The position numbers and the translations under genes were made by a program. From Amoebophrya sp. A120 (taxonomy: Eukaryota > Protista > Dinoflagellata): DNA of 64,000 nucleotides. The notes under the pieces were generated by a model that made no database searches, was not told the DNA's origin, and saw nothing but the letters and a program-made list of their open reading frames with translations. Shown piece after piece: positions 36,428 to 49,500 of the stretch. How positions within the stretch are numbered: position 1 is the stretch's first letter; every line of letters begins with the position of its first letter. Where the stretch lies: NCBI GenBank assembly GCA_905178155.1, contig CAJINV010000006.1:3501402-3565401 (forward strand), given 5' to 3'.

Positions 36428-37547
36428 GGTTTCTGGTTGGTAGTTAAATAATACGCAGGTCTGCTCGCAGGTATTCAAGATTTTACTTAGACAGAAAGCG
36501 TACTACTACAACACTTTGTGCAGCTGAGAGAGACAACTACAATCTCAGCCAGTAGGTCACCAACATCGTCACTGTCTTCATATTCACCCAGCACCCAACA
36601 TCAATATGTGTCGCCGTTGGCAAAAAGAAGAAGAAACTGCGAAAGTAGTAGGTGATATTGATTGATAACAGGGAAACAAAACACAAGGGACCTGTCGTGT
36701 CGGAATGTTAAGGCAACGTCGAGAGAAGATCGATGAAAAACGGACGAAGACCGATGCCGGATAGCATTTCTTCACGCTTACCGAACCTCCGAAAGATGAG
36801 GACGGAACTGCGGCTGTCGGTTGTGCTCTCTTTCAAAAGTGGCGCTCGTGCGACGTTGTCAACAATCGCAAACGAAGATCTTCCGAGTAATAGTTGTTCC
36901 TGGTTCGTTACAACTTCAAAAACCGAAAACAGCAACGAAAGGACGTGGTAGCTGCCAATCGCTAAACGAAACCGACACGAGATTCATGAGCAGCTTCTCT
37001 CTCGTCTAGTATTATATCGCTAGTACTTGCTGCTGCTGCAGCGCGGCCGAAATCCTGATAATTAAGTACACAAATGCGAGCACACGTCAGCTGCTTCGCC
37101 AGACATGCGTTTTTCATCTCTTCTTCTGCAGTAGCACTGTGACGACAGATTAGATACAAGGCTTCACTGGTGTTCAGTTTTTCTGCGCTGGGTACTACGA
37201 CCAGGGGGGTGTGGTCCGAAATTTTTTACAAGTGGTTGATATTGAACTTTGAGCTTCACAAATGCTAATCAGCAGTTTTTTCTTCAAATCGAGGCTGATT
37301 AGAAAATCAATTTTCTGGCAACGTTGGTACCAGTTTGATCATCAAATAAACATGAAGCGACGTAACCTCGCTTAGGTTTCGTGCTCGTTGTAACTTCAAT
37401 GAAAATAAGTAAATGTGTTCTACTGAACAATTTGATTATTGAATTTTGGAGAAAGTCGATAGAAGCCCAATTTCTGAGTTTTCAACTTGCTTTTCTTGTA
37501 CGGTAATCCAGAAAAGAAAAACCGCCGTCGATCCCTTGTTCGATTCC

Positions 37548-40500
37548 TCACCTCGGCGGCAGCAAGTATTCATCCGCCAACAGGTATGGAAGCGTCAGGT
37601 TTGAAATCGACAAAGTTGAAATACAAGAAATAACTTGTAATGCATAAAATCGATACCAGTTGGAAGCCCAATTTCTAAGCGGTGCATCACAAATTTTGGC
37701 TGTCCCTAAATCCAGTTTGTCATGCTGCTTAGGCAAAGAAGACTGTCTTTCTAATGCTACTTTACCAGCTCGAACAGGCTTACAATCGGCGTCACTTGCC
37801 TGCTCTGCAACACACGCACCTCGCGTCATGCATTCTATGCATTACGTATTATTTCAAGAACTTTGACGATTTCGATCCTGACACACCCATAACAGGTCAT
37901 CCTCCTCGTCCACGATGTCTTCATGCCTTACCGTTTATCACACAGAAAAAAGCAGGCAGGTCACATTTGTAATGCAAAAATAAATACACAAAAAAATCTG
38001 TATCGCATATCCGAAACAGCGTGCGGCGGGGCCTCCCATGAAAGACTTTTCTGTGTATTTATTTTTGCATCACAAATGTGCCCTGCCTGCTTTTTTCTCT
38101 GGGATACCGTTGGACCCCTCCCGTCATCCTCGTCGTCATTGCCACCACCTGCATCCGCTACCCCCTCCTCCTCTACATCAACGACGTCCCTTCCCTGCCT
38201 AATCCTCTTTGGCGCCGTATCCTGAGGAAAAACGTCCCCACCCCAGAGCTGTCATGCAGATTTGCAACGACAAGGACATCTGTGATGCGCATGCTCATGG
38301 TAGGCATTTCCAATCGTGTTTTGAAATTTGTGATGCTGTGAACAGGATAAGCAGATGGATCTGTGATGCGGCTGCACTTGCTAATCTGCACTACACTACG
38401 GAGTGCAGCTTGTCATGCGTGACTCCCAAAACTCCTAGGTTTGTGTTGCAAAATCCCCATCTTGACTATGGGGTGGGGACGTTTTTACACAGGATACGCC
38501 GGCGCGGCCTCTAAATCCTCGTCTTCGTCCATAATATGCCTCTGCTGCTGGGGCTGCTCCGGCTCGCCTTGGAGAAACTGTTGGTGATGGTATATCATGT
38601 CATCACGACACATTGCAACAGGAATTTGTCATGCTAAACAAGAACCTTGAATATTAAACCTCCAACTCTCCGAGGACGGTGCGTGCTGGGGACGAAAAAA
38701 ATGATCTTGTATGAAAGCAAAAATTCTAATTCAGTATTTATACCGCTCCTTGTCCTTGCGCCGCCATCACATCCGGTTCCATTCCTGCCATACTCTTCGC
38801 TTTCCTCCTATCACAGGAAAAAGTGTTAACGTTAACGAAATTTGCCATGCAGGACCGCATCAGAAAAGGTGCCTAAATTTGTATTGCATAGCATGCATTC
38901 TAGGAAGACCCATCTGTCTTCCGTAGCTGCAATCTCTGGAAACCATTAACGTTAACACTTTTTTGCTTGATACCTCCCGCGTTTCTTTCCCACTTTCACC
39001 CCCAAGCCCGTTCCGTCGTGCCCCGGCCCGAGCCGCAATCTCTCGATCAAGTCCCGTAGTTTCGCGATGGTTTTTTGACTCGTCAGACTGATTATGCAAT
39101 ACAAATTTCCCGTACAACATGTGCAAAATGCATCACAAAGTTCGCTAACTTAAAGCGTCAAGAAACTTGTCATGCTGACCAAGATCGAAGGCAAGTTTTG
39201 TCATGCAGAGACAGCATTTGTACGTCGTGTACAGGAAATTTACTGTGGGTACTGATCATCTGCCGGCCGAGAAATTCTTCCACTTTCCCGCGGTATTCTT
39301 TGGTCATGAACCGGGTATGCACTGCGAAAGTATCGTATTAGTATAAGTTGCAATACAAATTGCCTCAGCATGAGACATGGAATCTGGAATGCGGATTTAC
39401 CTCGAGAAAAAGATTTGTAATGCATAGCTGCGATCATCTCGACGAGTACGATACTTTTGCACAGGATACCGGGAGCAGGGGAGCAACGTGTTGTAGAGTA
39501 AGTCAACGTCCATTGTGTCGAATTGGATTCCGGAACTCGGCTATGCAATACAAAATCACCTCCAACACCAGCACTTCTTGTAGTTGTGTGCCTCCATTTT
39601 TTGTCATGCGAATGTAGATAAAATGATGAAGTAAAGTGGCACCGCATGCTATGTAAATTGACAATAAACTGAGGTTGGTCAACTACATGTTGATCTTGTG
39701 GTGATTTCACAAAAGCATATCGGGTTGCCCTGCTCTCCGTTCAACCCGATGGAGCAGTTCGCTTCTGACAGCTGTAACTCTACAAAACACCGCTGAAACG
39801 CGGTAGCCATATCCTGTGCAAAAGTATCGCACTCGTAGTAAAAATTGCAGTCCTGCATTACAACTTTTTTCTCAAGGTACTCTGCATGACAGATTTTATT
39901 TTATTTCTCATGCTGAGGAAATCGATATTTGTATTGCATTTATACGAGTACGATACTATAATTGCAATGCATAAACCAAATGTTCCGGCAACTGCGTTTC
40001 CCCGACCCTCCCGACCCACGTCCGCGTGATCTCGATCATGGACTGGCGGATGTCCATGTACGCGTGTTCTCCGCTCATTTCCAAAATCCACCCGAGCATA
40101 GTGCTTATGAAGTGGAAATACTGCTTCGCCAGCACCGGGTTTTTGTCCGCTTCCTTCCGCATTTTCTGGAATAGAGACTTACTCGCCTCCTTGATCGCGG
40201 GAATCATCCGCAACACCCCAAACTGCGCGCCGATGAGTTGCCCAATCGGGCCGTTCTTGATGTGATCGGATTCGCAGGATTGGTCGACCAGTTTTATCGA
40301 CGACAGCCCCATGGTGAGCAGATCCCGCAGCCCGCACAAGCCCGCGTCCTGCTTCACGTAAGTGGGGTCCGCGGTCTGGGAGTCGGACTCCGGGTTGTAT
40401 TTCGGCTCAAACGCGTTCTCCGGGATGTACTGGTTCGCGACCATGCCCTCGTGGGTTGACGTGTGCTTCATACACGCTTTATGGAATAAGTGCTCTATTA

Positions 40501-43500
40501 CCGTTATGCATTGCAAACGCATCGCACTCGTAGTATTGCAATACAAATTAGCTCAGCATGACAAACGGAATTTCTCATGCTGATTTAGCATGAAAAAGAA
40601 ATTTGTCTGGCATCACTGCAATTAGTACGAATACGATACTTTTGTTCAGGATAACCGTGTAGTAGTCTTCCCCGGCGAGGTTTGACCGGGTGACAGACCG
40701 AATTCCGGACTCCTGCGGTGGGTATCAAATGCAAATGTGTCTGGGTCTGGAAGGTTTGGGGAGTTTGTCATGCGAATTGTACATGGCTCCCAATGCCTGT
40801 GATGCATAGTACTCCAGCATCACAGCTTTCGCAAAGGTCTGCCCGTGTCTGTCCTGCATGAGAAGTTGTGCCCTCTCGTTGTCCGGGTGGAAACAGTCTG
40901 AGTGTCTTTTACTTTTGCCTCTCTTCTTGCAATACAGTTCTTTGTGTGATCGACAGCTAGCATCACAAATCTCATTCTTTATTCCAGACCCAGACATATT
41001 TGCATTTGATAGCGGGATGTAGGACTCTAAACTGTCCTCCGACGGGAAAGTGATTTTGTCACATTTCACCATCTATGAATTGCAAAAGTATCGTGCTTCG
41101 CTTGTATAAATGAAAATGCATCACAAATTCGTCAGCATGAGAAATAAGATTTGTAATGCTGATTCACCTTAGGGAAAATAATTGTAACGCATGATTGCAA
41201 TACGAGTACGATACTTTTGCACAGGATACCATCTCCTGCGTTATCCGCAGCTTCGCTTGGTAGTCGGCCATGGTGTGGTATGAACTGCAAAAGTATCGCT
41301 GTACTCGTAGGTATACATGCATTAGCATTACAAAGTTCGGAGTTCCTCAGCATGAGAAATAAAATCAAATACTCAAAAAATTTGTAATGCCGATTTACCT
41401 CAAGAAAAAAACTTGTAATGCATGATCGCAATACGAGTATCAGATACTTTTGCACAGGATATGTGGGTTTGGATCCGGTCCTTGATGTCCAGGAAAAGAT
41501 TGTAAAAATACGTCCAATATCAAACGCAAACATGTTCGGGTAGTTTGGAAGATTCTAAACTTGTGATGCTGTGTTTGGATTCTAAAAAAAATTGTATTGC
41601 ACGACCAGCAAGACGACTCCAGTTCTTTCTCCTACGCGGAGAGGGCATCATTATTATTTCTCATGCGGTGGATGCATCGCAAAGCCCGCTAAACATCTGT
41701 GATCAATCATGCTAGGGCATGCATTACAGACATCGCGGGTCATTCAAAATATGCATGACAAGCCTGGGAATCTTCCAGACATCCAGGAATATTTGCACTT
41801 GATATCCAGAGTAGTACCTCGTGGTCCTCGTAGACAAGAACCGGGTTCATGCAGACATATTGAAATTCCGCTTCCAGCTCTTCCTCTGTAGTCGTGTTGG
41901 GATTGTTATGCATTGCAAAAGCATCGTACTAGTATAAATGGCATGACAAATTTTCTCAGCATGAGAAATTGAATTTGTAATGCAGATTTGCCTTCAGAGA
42001 GAGATTTGTATTGCATGATTGCAATTACTACAAGTACGATACTTTTGCACAGGATAATTGTTGTCGGAGGTGGTGCCGCCGGCCTGTAGTGGTATTGATG
42101 TCGTGTGTATCAACTGGATATACAGCAATATTACAACTCCCTCTTCCTCAGAATCAGGATTACGCATGTGAGCAACATCACACATGATAACCAATTTTGT
42201 CATGCGAAACTCAAATGTGACGGAAGGGTTTCCACGTAAAGGTATCAATGAACAATTATCAAATACCTCTTCCTCTTCCCCCATTAAATTCAATTTCCTT
42301 TTCGCCGTGCTTTTCCTGCCAAACGCCCTCCCCTGGATCTGGATATCCCGATCTTTCACCCGTCTTCGCCAGCTGATGTACAAGGGTCGCATATGAACTG
42401 CAAAAGAATCGCACTTGGTATAAATTGCTATTGCATTACAAATTAGCTCAACATGAAATAAAATGAAATTTGTCATGCTAAATTACCTAAGAAACCAGAT
42501 TTGTCACGCTAGTCTGGCATTTATACGAGTACGATACTTTTGCACAGGATATCGCATGTTCGCGGACAATTTTGGAATGTTCACCGGAACATCGTCCTTT
42601 GACTTGATGACATTTTCATCGATATCGTCCTCGTCATTCCCCTGCTGTTGAAAGGTTTTGTGCAGGCGGTGGCACACTTGTTTCAAAGCGTTGTTCCCCG
42701 CCGTGGACTCGTCCTCCTGGAAATTCATGCCCCCGGTCGACATAGCCGGGTCTTCGAAAAAGATCGGATCCATCCGGAGAACGTTCTGCAACGAATACTG
42801 CATTATGAACTGCAAAAGTATCTTACTCGTATGACAAATGCATTACAAATTTCCTCACCGTGAGAACTGGAATTTGTGATGCTGTTTTACCTTAAGGACA
42901 AGATTTGTCGTGCATAATTGCAATTAGTACGGCTACGGGTACGATACTTTGGCAGTGCATATGCATCTGTAGGCTGTCGAAGTACAAATTGACCGCCAGG
43001 TGTATCCTGAGCAAAAAACGTCTCCGCCCCTTAGTTGTCATGCAAACCTGCATGCCCGGAACATCTGTAATGCGGCTCCGCATAGCGGGCATTTTCTAAC
43101 CGTGTTTGGTAATCCTAATCTGTAATGCGCGAATCAGGATGAGAGAGTGGATCTGCGATGCGTCTGGGCTACCTAAGCAGGACTATACTGCATGTCCCCA
43201 AACTTGTCATGCACCAGTCCCAAAACTTGTGGACTTGTCTAGCAGATTCCCCATCTTGACTCTGGGGCGGGGACGTTTTTACTCTGGATAAGGTGTTTCA
43301 CATACACGTCCCGGTGCTTTTTCAACAATCGGGTGATGAGGAGATGACGAAATTCGAAAATCGTGTAGGCGAGATTCCGTTCCGAGTGGCCCTGCGCAGT
43401 GATCGCGGAGATTTCGGATTCTAAATAGTCGTCCATCTGTATGAAAGCCTCAGAATGGAAATTCTCAGAGTGGAAATAAGTAGTTTGTGATGCAAGAAAT

Positions 43501-46500
43501 GCGACACCAAAGCGACTGTATTGCAGAGGGCGCAGTGGGAGCCGACTATTGTGCCTCTACGGGTTCAGAATTGGGCTGCTGATCAGCACGAGAGAAGGGC
43601 ACCCCTTTGCCCTAACTAGCATGACAGACATGCTTTGAGTGCCCGGCAAGTTTGTCATGCGCCGACTAGAAATGGCACTTCAACTGGTGTCCTTTTTTTG
43701 CATTACAAACTATTTTCACTTTGAGGATTTCCAACCTGAGGCGTTCATAATCTGCCGGCTGTTGAGGAAAAACAAGTTTCCGTTGTTCAACTCCAAGATC
43801 ACGTCCGCGTATCAAACAAAAAAATGTATAACATTAATAACGGATTTCACAGATGCGATGGCGGTCATGGATTACAAAATTTGCATTCCATGCATGCTAC
43901 GCAATACAAATTTGGGCACTTTGCCTTTCTTGATGCATTACTGCATCACAAATTCCGTTAACCGTAACACTCTTTCTTGCGATACCGCGTAGTGTTGGTT
44001 CACCCTCGCGGAGGATGAAGCGGTGTATGCATTGCAAAAGCACTCATCGCATCCATACATCAAAGCGCAGTCTTCACGCAAGACAGATCTCTTTGCTATA
44101 GGGGAGGACGCATTACAAACTCCGTTTCTCATCCTGCTGAGGAAATTTCTCATGCGATTCTTGTTATGTACAATGCGATGTTACTTTTGCAATGCATACG
44201 GTGTACTGCGCGTCGATGATCCTCGCACTGCGGAAGTGCGGCGTTTTCTCATCTTCGACGTAGTTCGAGAAAAAAGCGAGCGGGTTGTTCCTCTTGTCAA
44301 TCTCATCGTGTGCAGAAATGATCGTCGCACCGCCTGTGATGTTTGGTTTGTTCATCTTCTTCTTCATCTTAGGACTCGCGGAACCGCCGGCTCTGGATGG
44401 TGAGTTCGACTTCTTCAGTTCCTTTGCGTTTTCCTTCATCTCTTTAAAGCTTTCCACTTTCCCGCTGGTTGCCTGGACGACGAAGTGGTTTAGACCTACT
44501 TGCACCAATTTCGCCAGGGGGATCAGCAACTGCCTCGGTAAGCGATTCACCGACGTGAAGCGGAGAAGGGAGAATAATTGTTGGATCAGATCGTGGTTCA
44601 GAAAGCACCCCAAGTGCGCGTGAATTTCCACCGCGTGCTATTGAGAGAAAAAATCCCCCCTCCCCATATCAAAGCGGAAATCTGTGACGCGGGATTTGTG
44701 TACACAAATCGACTCTGTCTCGCAGGAGAGGACTGCACGCAGATCGCACACCTAGGCTGGGGCTTTATTTTGGTGTAGGCGGCTAGCATGACAGGCGTCT
44801 CCCCCGTAGGCCTCACAGCATGACCAATCGACTGCATAATTAACGCGGCGGACACTCTGCGTTTGCTTTCCTGCAAGACAGACAGGATCTGTGGCCACAA
44901 ATCTGCATCACAATTTTTTTGCGAGTTACGCTTTCAATACGGGGAGGGCGGGGGATTTTTCCTTACGATACCCGCTCCACGTACTGCATCAACTCGAACG
45001 TTCTCGCTGGATACTGCAACGCTACCTGTCCCGGCTATCAAATGTAAAAGTGTAGTCTGGGTCTGGAAGATAATTGGTAGACTTGTCTTCATGCAGCTGT
45101 GTCATGATCCATGTCTTCTGGAAAAATGCAGGCCCTAGCATGACAGATTCTGGGAGATGAGCCCTATCATGCCTATCCTGCATGAAAAACTTCCTCTCAA
45201 CTTGATCAAAAGTGGACAACTTTTGGCATTCATGCAACACAGATTTTTGCACAATCCAGAATTTTATCTTAGCATTACATACAAGTTGCAATCTTCCAGC
45301 CCAAGACATTTGTACAATCCATACCGGCTGTACCTGCTCTATTTCCCCATCCAAATTCATGGGGGCGTCCGGGTCAAGAAAATTCACCTTCAGCCACTGG
45401 TCTACCCGGTTCAGCCGCGGTCCTTTTGGCTTTCTGGATTTATTTTGCTTCACGACATTTGCTTCTGCTGCTACTGCTCCTGCTATCAAAGAAAAAAAAT
45501 GTGTACAGTGCAAGTAACTTGTTTATTTTGATGTAGTTGAGCAGCATCACGATATTCTTTTTGCTTTTTTGCAGAGGTCATGAAACTAGTCTAGAATCCG
45601 TGGGACGCATATCCAGCATCAACATGACACGCACGACTGTGTTGATGCATCGTCCGCATCACAAACTTTCACTTTGTACACTTTTTTTGTGCGGCTTGGA
45701 TACCTCCTGCCGGGTCGTAGTTGTCGGCGTGCTGCAGGTCCTCCTCACCGTCCACAGGACTTGCGTCCTCCACAAAATCCGCTGGTGGGCTGGTGCAGTA
45801 GGTGTCCAGGAAACTTTTCAAGTGTTCCTGCTTGTTCCGCAAATACGTCCCCAATGCGTCCGCTGCTTCCCGGCTGATCAGGGCCAGGTGACGGTAGCAC
45901 TTGGAGATGTTTCCGTACAGAAGGGGATTGTTGTTCTGCGCCCCCTGTTCCTCCAAGATGTTCTCCAGCGCATCGACAACGTCGGACATGTTGGACGCTA
46001 GTATCGAACTCGGCACTTTGTCCGGGTTCTCCAGCATGTGTCTCAACAGAATCTCGCAGATGTTGCTAAAAATCAGCTTTCCGTACTTCTCCGAAGCGAG
46101 ACTGTCGAAAAACTGCGGCAACTTCGGCAACACGAAAAAGCACGCCTGGCACAGTTGTTGGTTTGTCAAGGAGGAGGGAATCGTGACGGTGCTGTTTATA
46201 TCAAATGTAAAAATGTCTGGGTCTGGAAGGTTAGAACTTGTCATGCTAAATCTGAATGATGCAAAAATCTGTGTTGTGTGAGTACCAAAAGCTGTCCGCT
46301 TTTGACTAAGTTGAGAGGGAATTTTCTCATGCAGGAAAGGCATGATAGAGACCTCACAAAATCTGTCATGCTGGGTCTCACGTTCCAGACCTCACGGGTC
46401 ATGGAAAACCTGCATCACAAATCTTGCATTCTTCCAGACCCAGACATTTTTACATTTGATAGTTTACCGGGCCGGCGGCATTGAAGCCCTTGTTCTGTTG

Positions 46501-49500
46501 CTCCTCTTTTTCTCTTGTCAAATGTAAAAATGTCTGGGTCTGGAAATTTCTGAGACTTGTCATGCACGTTTTGCATAGGCGATCATGTCTCCGATGCATG
46601 CCCGAGCATCACAGACTTTTTGAGGGCTTCGCGATGCCTATTCCGCATGACAAATGCCCTCTCGGCGTAGCCAAAATTGCATTCCCTTTGCTGCTTATGC
46701 AATACAGATTTTTTTGGAATCCAAATGCAGCATCACAAGTTTGCATTCTTCCAGACCCAGACATTGTTGCATTTGATATCCCTTGTCAGTTGGTCGATCT
46801 GCAACTTTTGGATGTCCGCCTGGTGTGTCTGTTGGAGTATGGTTAATGCGTATCCTGAGTAAAAACGTCTCATGCAGATTTGCAAAGACAAGAAGGCTTG
46901 TTGTAATGCGCATCCCCATGAGAGCCATTTCCAGTCGGGTTTTGCAAAAATTTGTGATGCTGCAAATAGGATGAGGAGATGGCTTTGTGATGCGGCTGTC
47001 CTTGCGACATTGCACTACAATACAGAGGGGAGCTTGTCATGAGTGACTCCCAATACTTCCGGGTTTGTGTTGCAGATTTCCCATCTTGACTATGGCGTGG
47101 GGACATTTTTCCTCACAATAATGCGGCTTCCATCGTCACGAGCAAAGCGACTTTCTTCCGCAGCGTTAAAGGGTTGACGTCCGCTATGGATGTGTCAGGT
47201 TTGAAATCGTCAAAGTTGAAATAGTTTGTCATGCATAAAACGGATACCAGTTAGACCTACAGTTTGTAGTCGGTGCATGACAAATTTTCGCGGTCCTGGA
47301 AGCGAGTCTGTCACGTGGTTTAGGGCAAAGGTGCTGCCTTCTATCATGCTAGTTAGCAGTCCAACTTCTGACCCTTACGAGGACTATACTCTGCCTCCCG
47401 TGGGTCCTCTGCAATAGAGTCACTTTTTGTATCGCAGTTTATGCATGACAAATTATTTCAACTCTGTCGATTTCAACTCTGACACATCCATATCCGCATC
47501 CTCCTCCGTGTTGTCTTCGGATAGGAAAAACATCGCGACCTGGGTTTTGAAAGCTGTGATGCAGCTTATGCATTGCAAATATCTGGGTCTGGAAGGTTGC
47601 AACTTGTGATGCTGTCTCTGCATTCTAAGAAAACCTGTATTGCATGATCAGCAAGAGGGGTCCAGTTTGTGCTACATGTATCGCATCGCATCGCTTTGAC
47701 ATTTGACTCCTGTCAGGGTGGCGCTAGAACAGATTTAGCCTCTGCCAATACCGTGGCGCTAGAACAGATTTAGCCTCTGCCAATGCCCTAGGTGGGCACC
47801 CGTTCCACGTCCTACAGGTACCACCCGACCGCATCCGCCGAACCGTCTCCGATTGCTTACGCGTGCGTACGGCCAGTGGGCGCTAGATGTGGCTGACCTG
47901 CTTTACCATCCAAGCCCGCGAGCAAGGTGGAGCTCCAGTGTTGCCTTGTTGGGTTATTCTTACAAACGTTGAACGCTACTGCTTCTGTGGTCGGTTGCGC
48001 GCTAGATATACAGGGGGTCTATTGGTCACACACGTTGACCCTATCACGATGACGGACAACCCCAAAGCATACCCCTTTCAAGCACCTTGCCGACCTATTT
48101 CCGCGCACTCTTTGCATGCGCATAGGTAGAGTCGGACTTTGAAGCTCCGCGTTAGCAGAGCCGCCACCGCGCCCGCCCCGGGGGGACCCCTTTGGGAAGG
48201 GGGGCGCTGCCTTAGCGCAGTCTTTAACTTAGCAACCCTGTTTCCCCTTTCAAGTAAAAAAGGACGCGACGACGACGACAGGATAGCAGCGCCGTGCCTA
48301 CCGGCTGGCGGGGACGAGATGATGAGCAGCGCCGTGCCTTTCAGCTGGCGGGAACGGAGCCCTTGCGGGCTAGCTGAGACGACCAAAAGGACCATTTTCT
48401 TTCTTCTCTTTCTTTTTCTGTCCTCTGTTACATGGAGGGGGTATTTCTCATGCGGAATAGGCATTAGGAAGGCCTCTAAAAATCAGTGGTGCTAGGTGAT
48501 GCATTACAGGCATCATGGGTCATGAAAAATCTGCATGACAAGTCTTGCACTCCTCCAGACCCAGACATACTTCCATTTCATACAGCTTGTGCGGTTCCAA
48601 TACGCCTGGACCGCATAGATGGCCGCGCCGTACTATCCTATGCAAAAACGCCCCCGCGGCCCCGTAGTCAAGTATTTGGGAACCCTGCAACACAAATCCC
48701 CAAGCTTTGCGAGTCGCGCATGACAAGTTTGCCAGTGCATTGTAGTGTTGGTTAGTAAGGACAACCGCATCACAAAAACGCGCACTTATCCTGTTGACAG
48801 CATTACAAATGCTGAAACTACTCAAGTAGAAATGCTTCTCAGGTACTAACGGCGCATCACAAATGTTCTTCAGTTCCTGTAGTTGCAAATCTGCCTGACA
48901 AGAACTCTGGGGCGCTGGGAACGTTTTTGCTCAGGATACGTACTGCGTCGTCCTCGAGGTCTCTTGGTCGGGATCCTCCACGGCGTCCTCGCAGTAAGTA
49001 ACAAGAAATTCCAGGAACATCAGAAGATTCGTTTCCGTGGGATTCATTTTTTTCACTTTGTTGGCGTTACTGTTGTATGAACTGCAAAAGTATCGTACTC
49101 GTATAAATGCATGACAAATTTTCTCAGCATGAGAAATAAAATTTGTCATCCTGATTTACGATGCGAATAATATTTGTAATGCAAGACCTGCATCTATACG
49201 AGTACCATACTTTTGCACAGGATATGTTGGCAGAGGACGCTTGCTGCAGCTGCTGCCTCACTTCGTTGTCGGAGTTGGAGAGAAAATTTTCTATGCATTG
49301 CAAAAATGTCTGGGTCGGGAAGATTCCGAAATTTGTCATGCAGTTTTTCCAAGCTCTGTCAAGTCTGGAATGCAGTCCCTTCGCGATGCCTATTCTGCAT
49401 GCGAAATACCCTCTCAGCATGGCCAGAAGTGAGCACCTTTTGCCAGTCATGCAACACAGATCTTTGTATGATCCGCAACTCGCATCACAAGTTCGCATCC

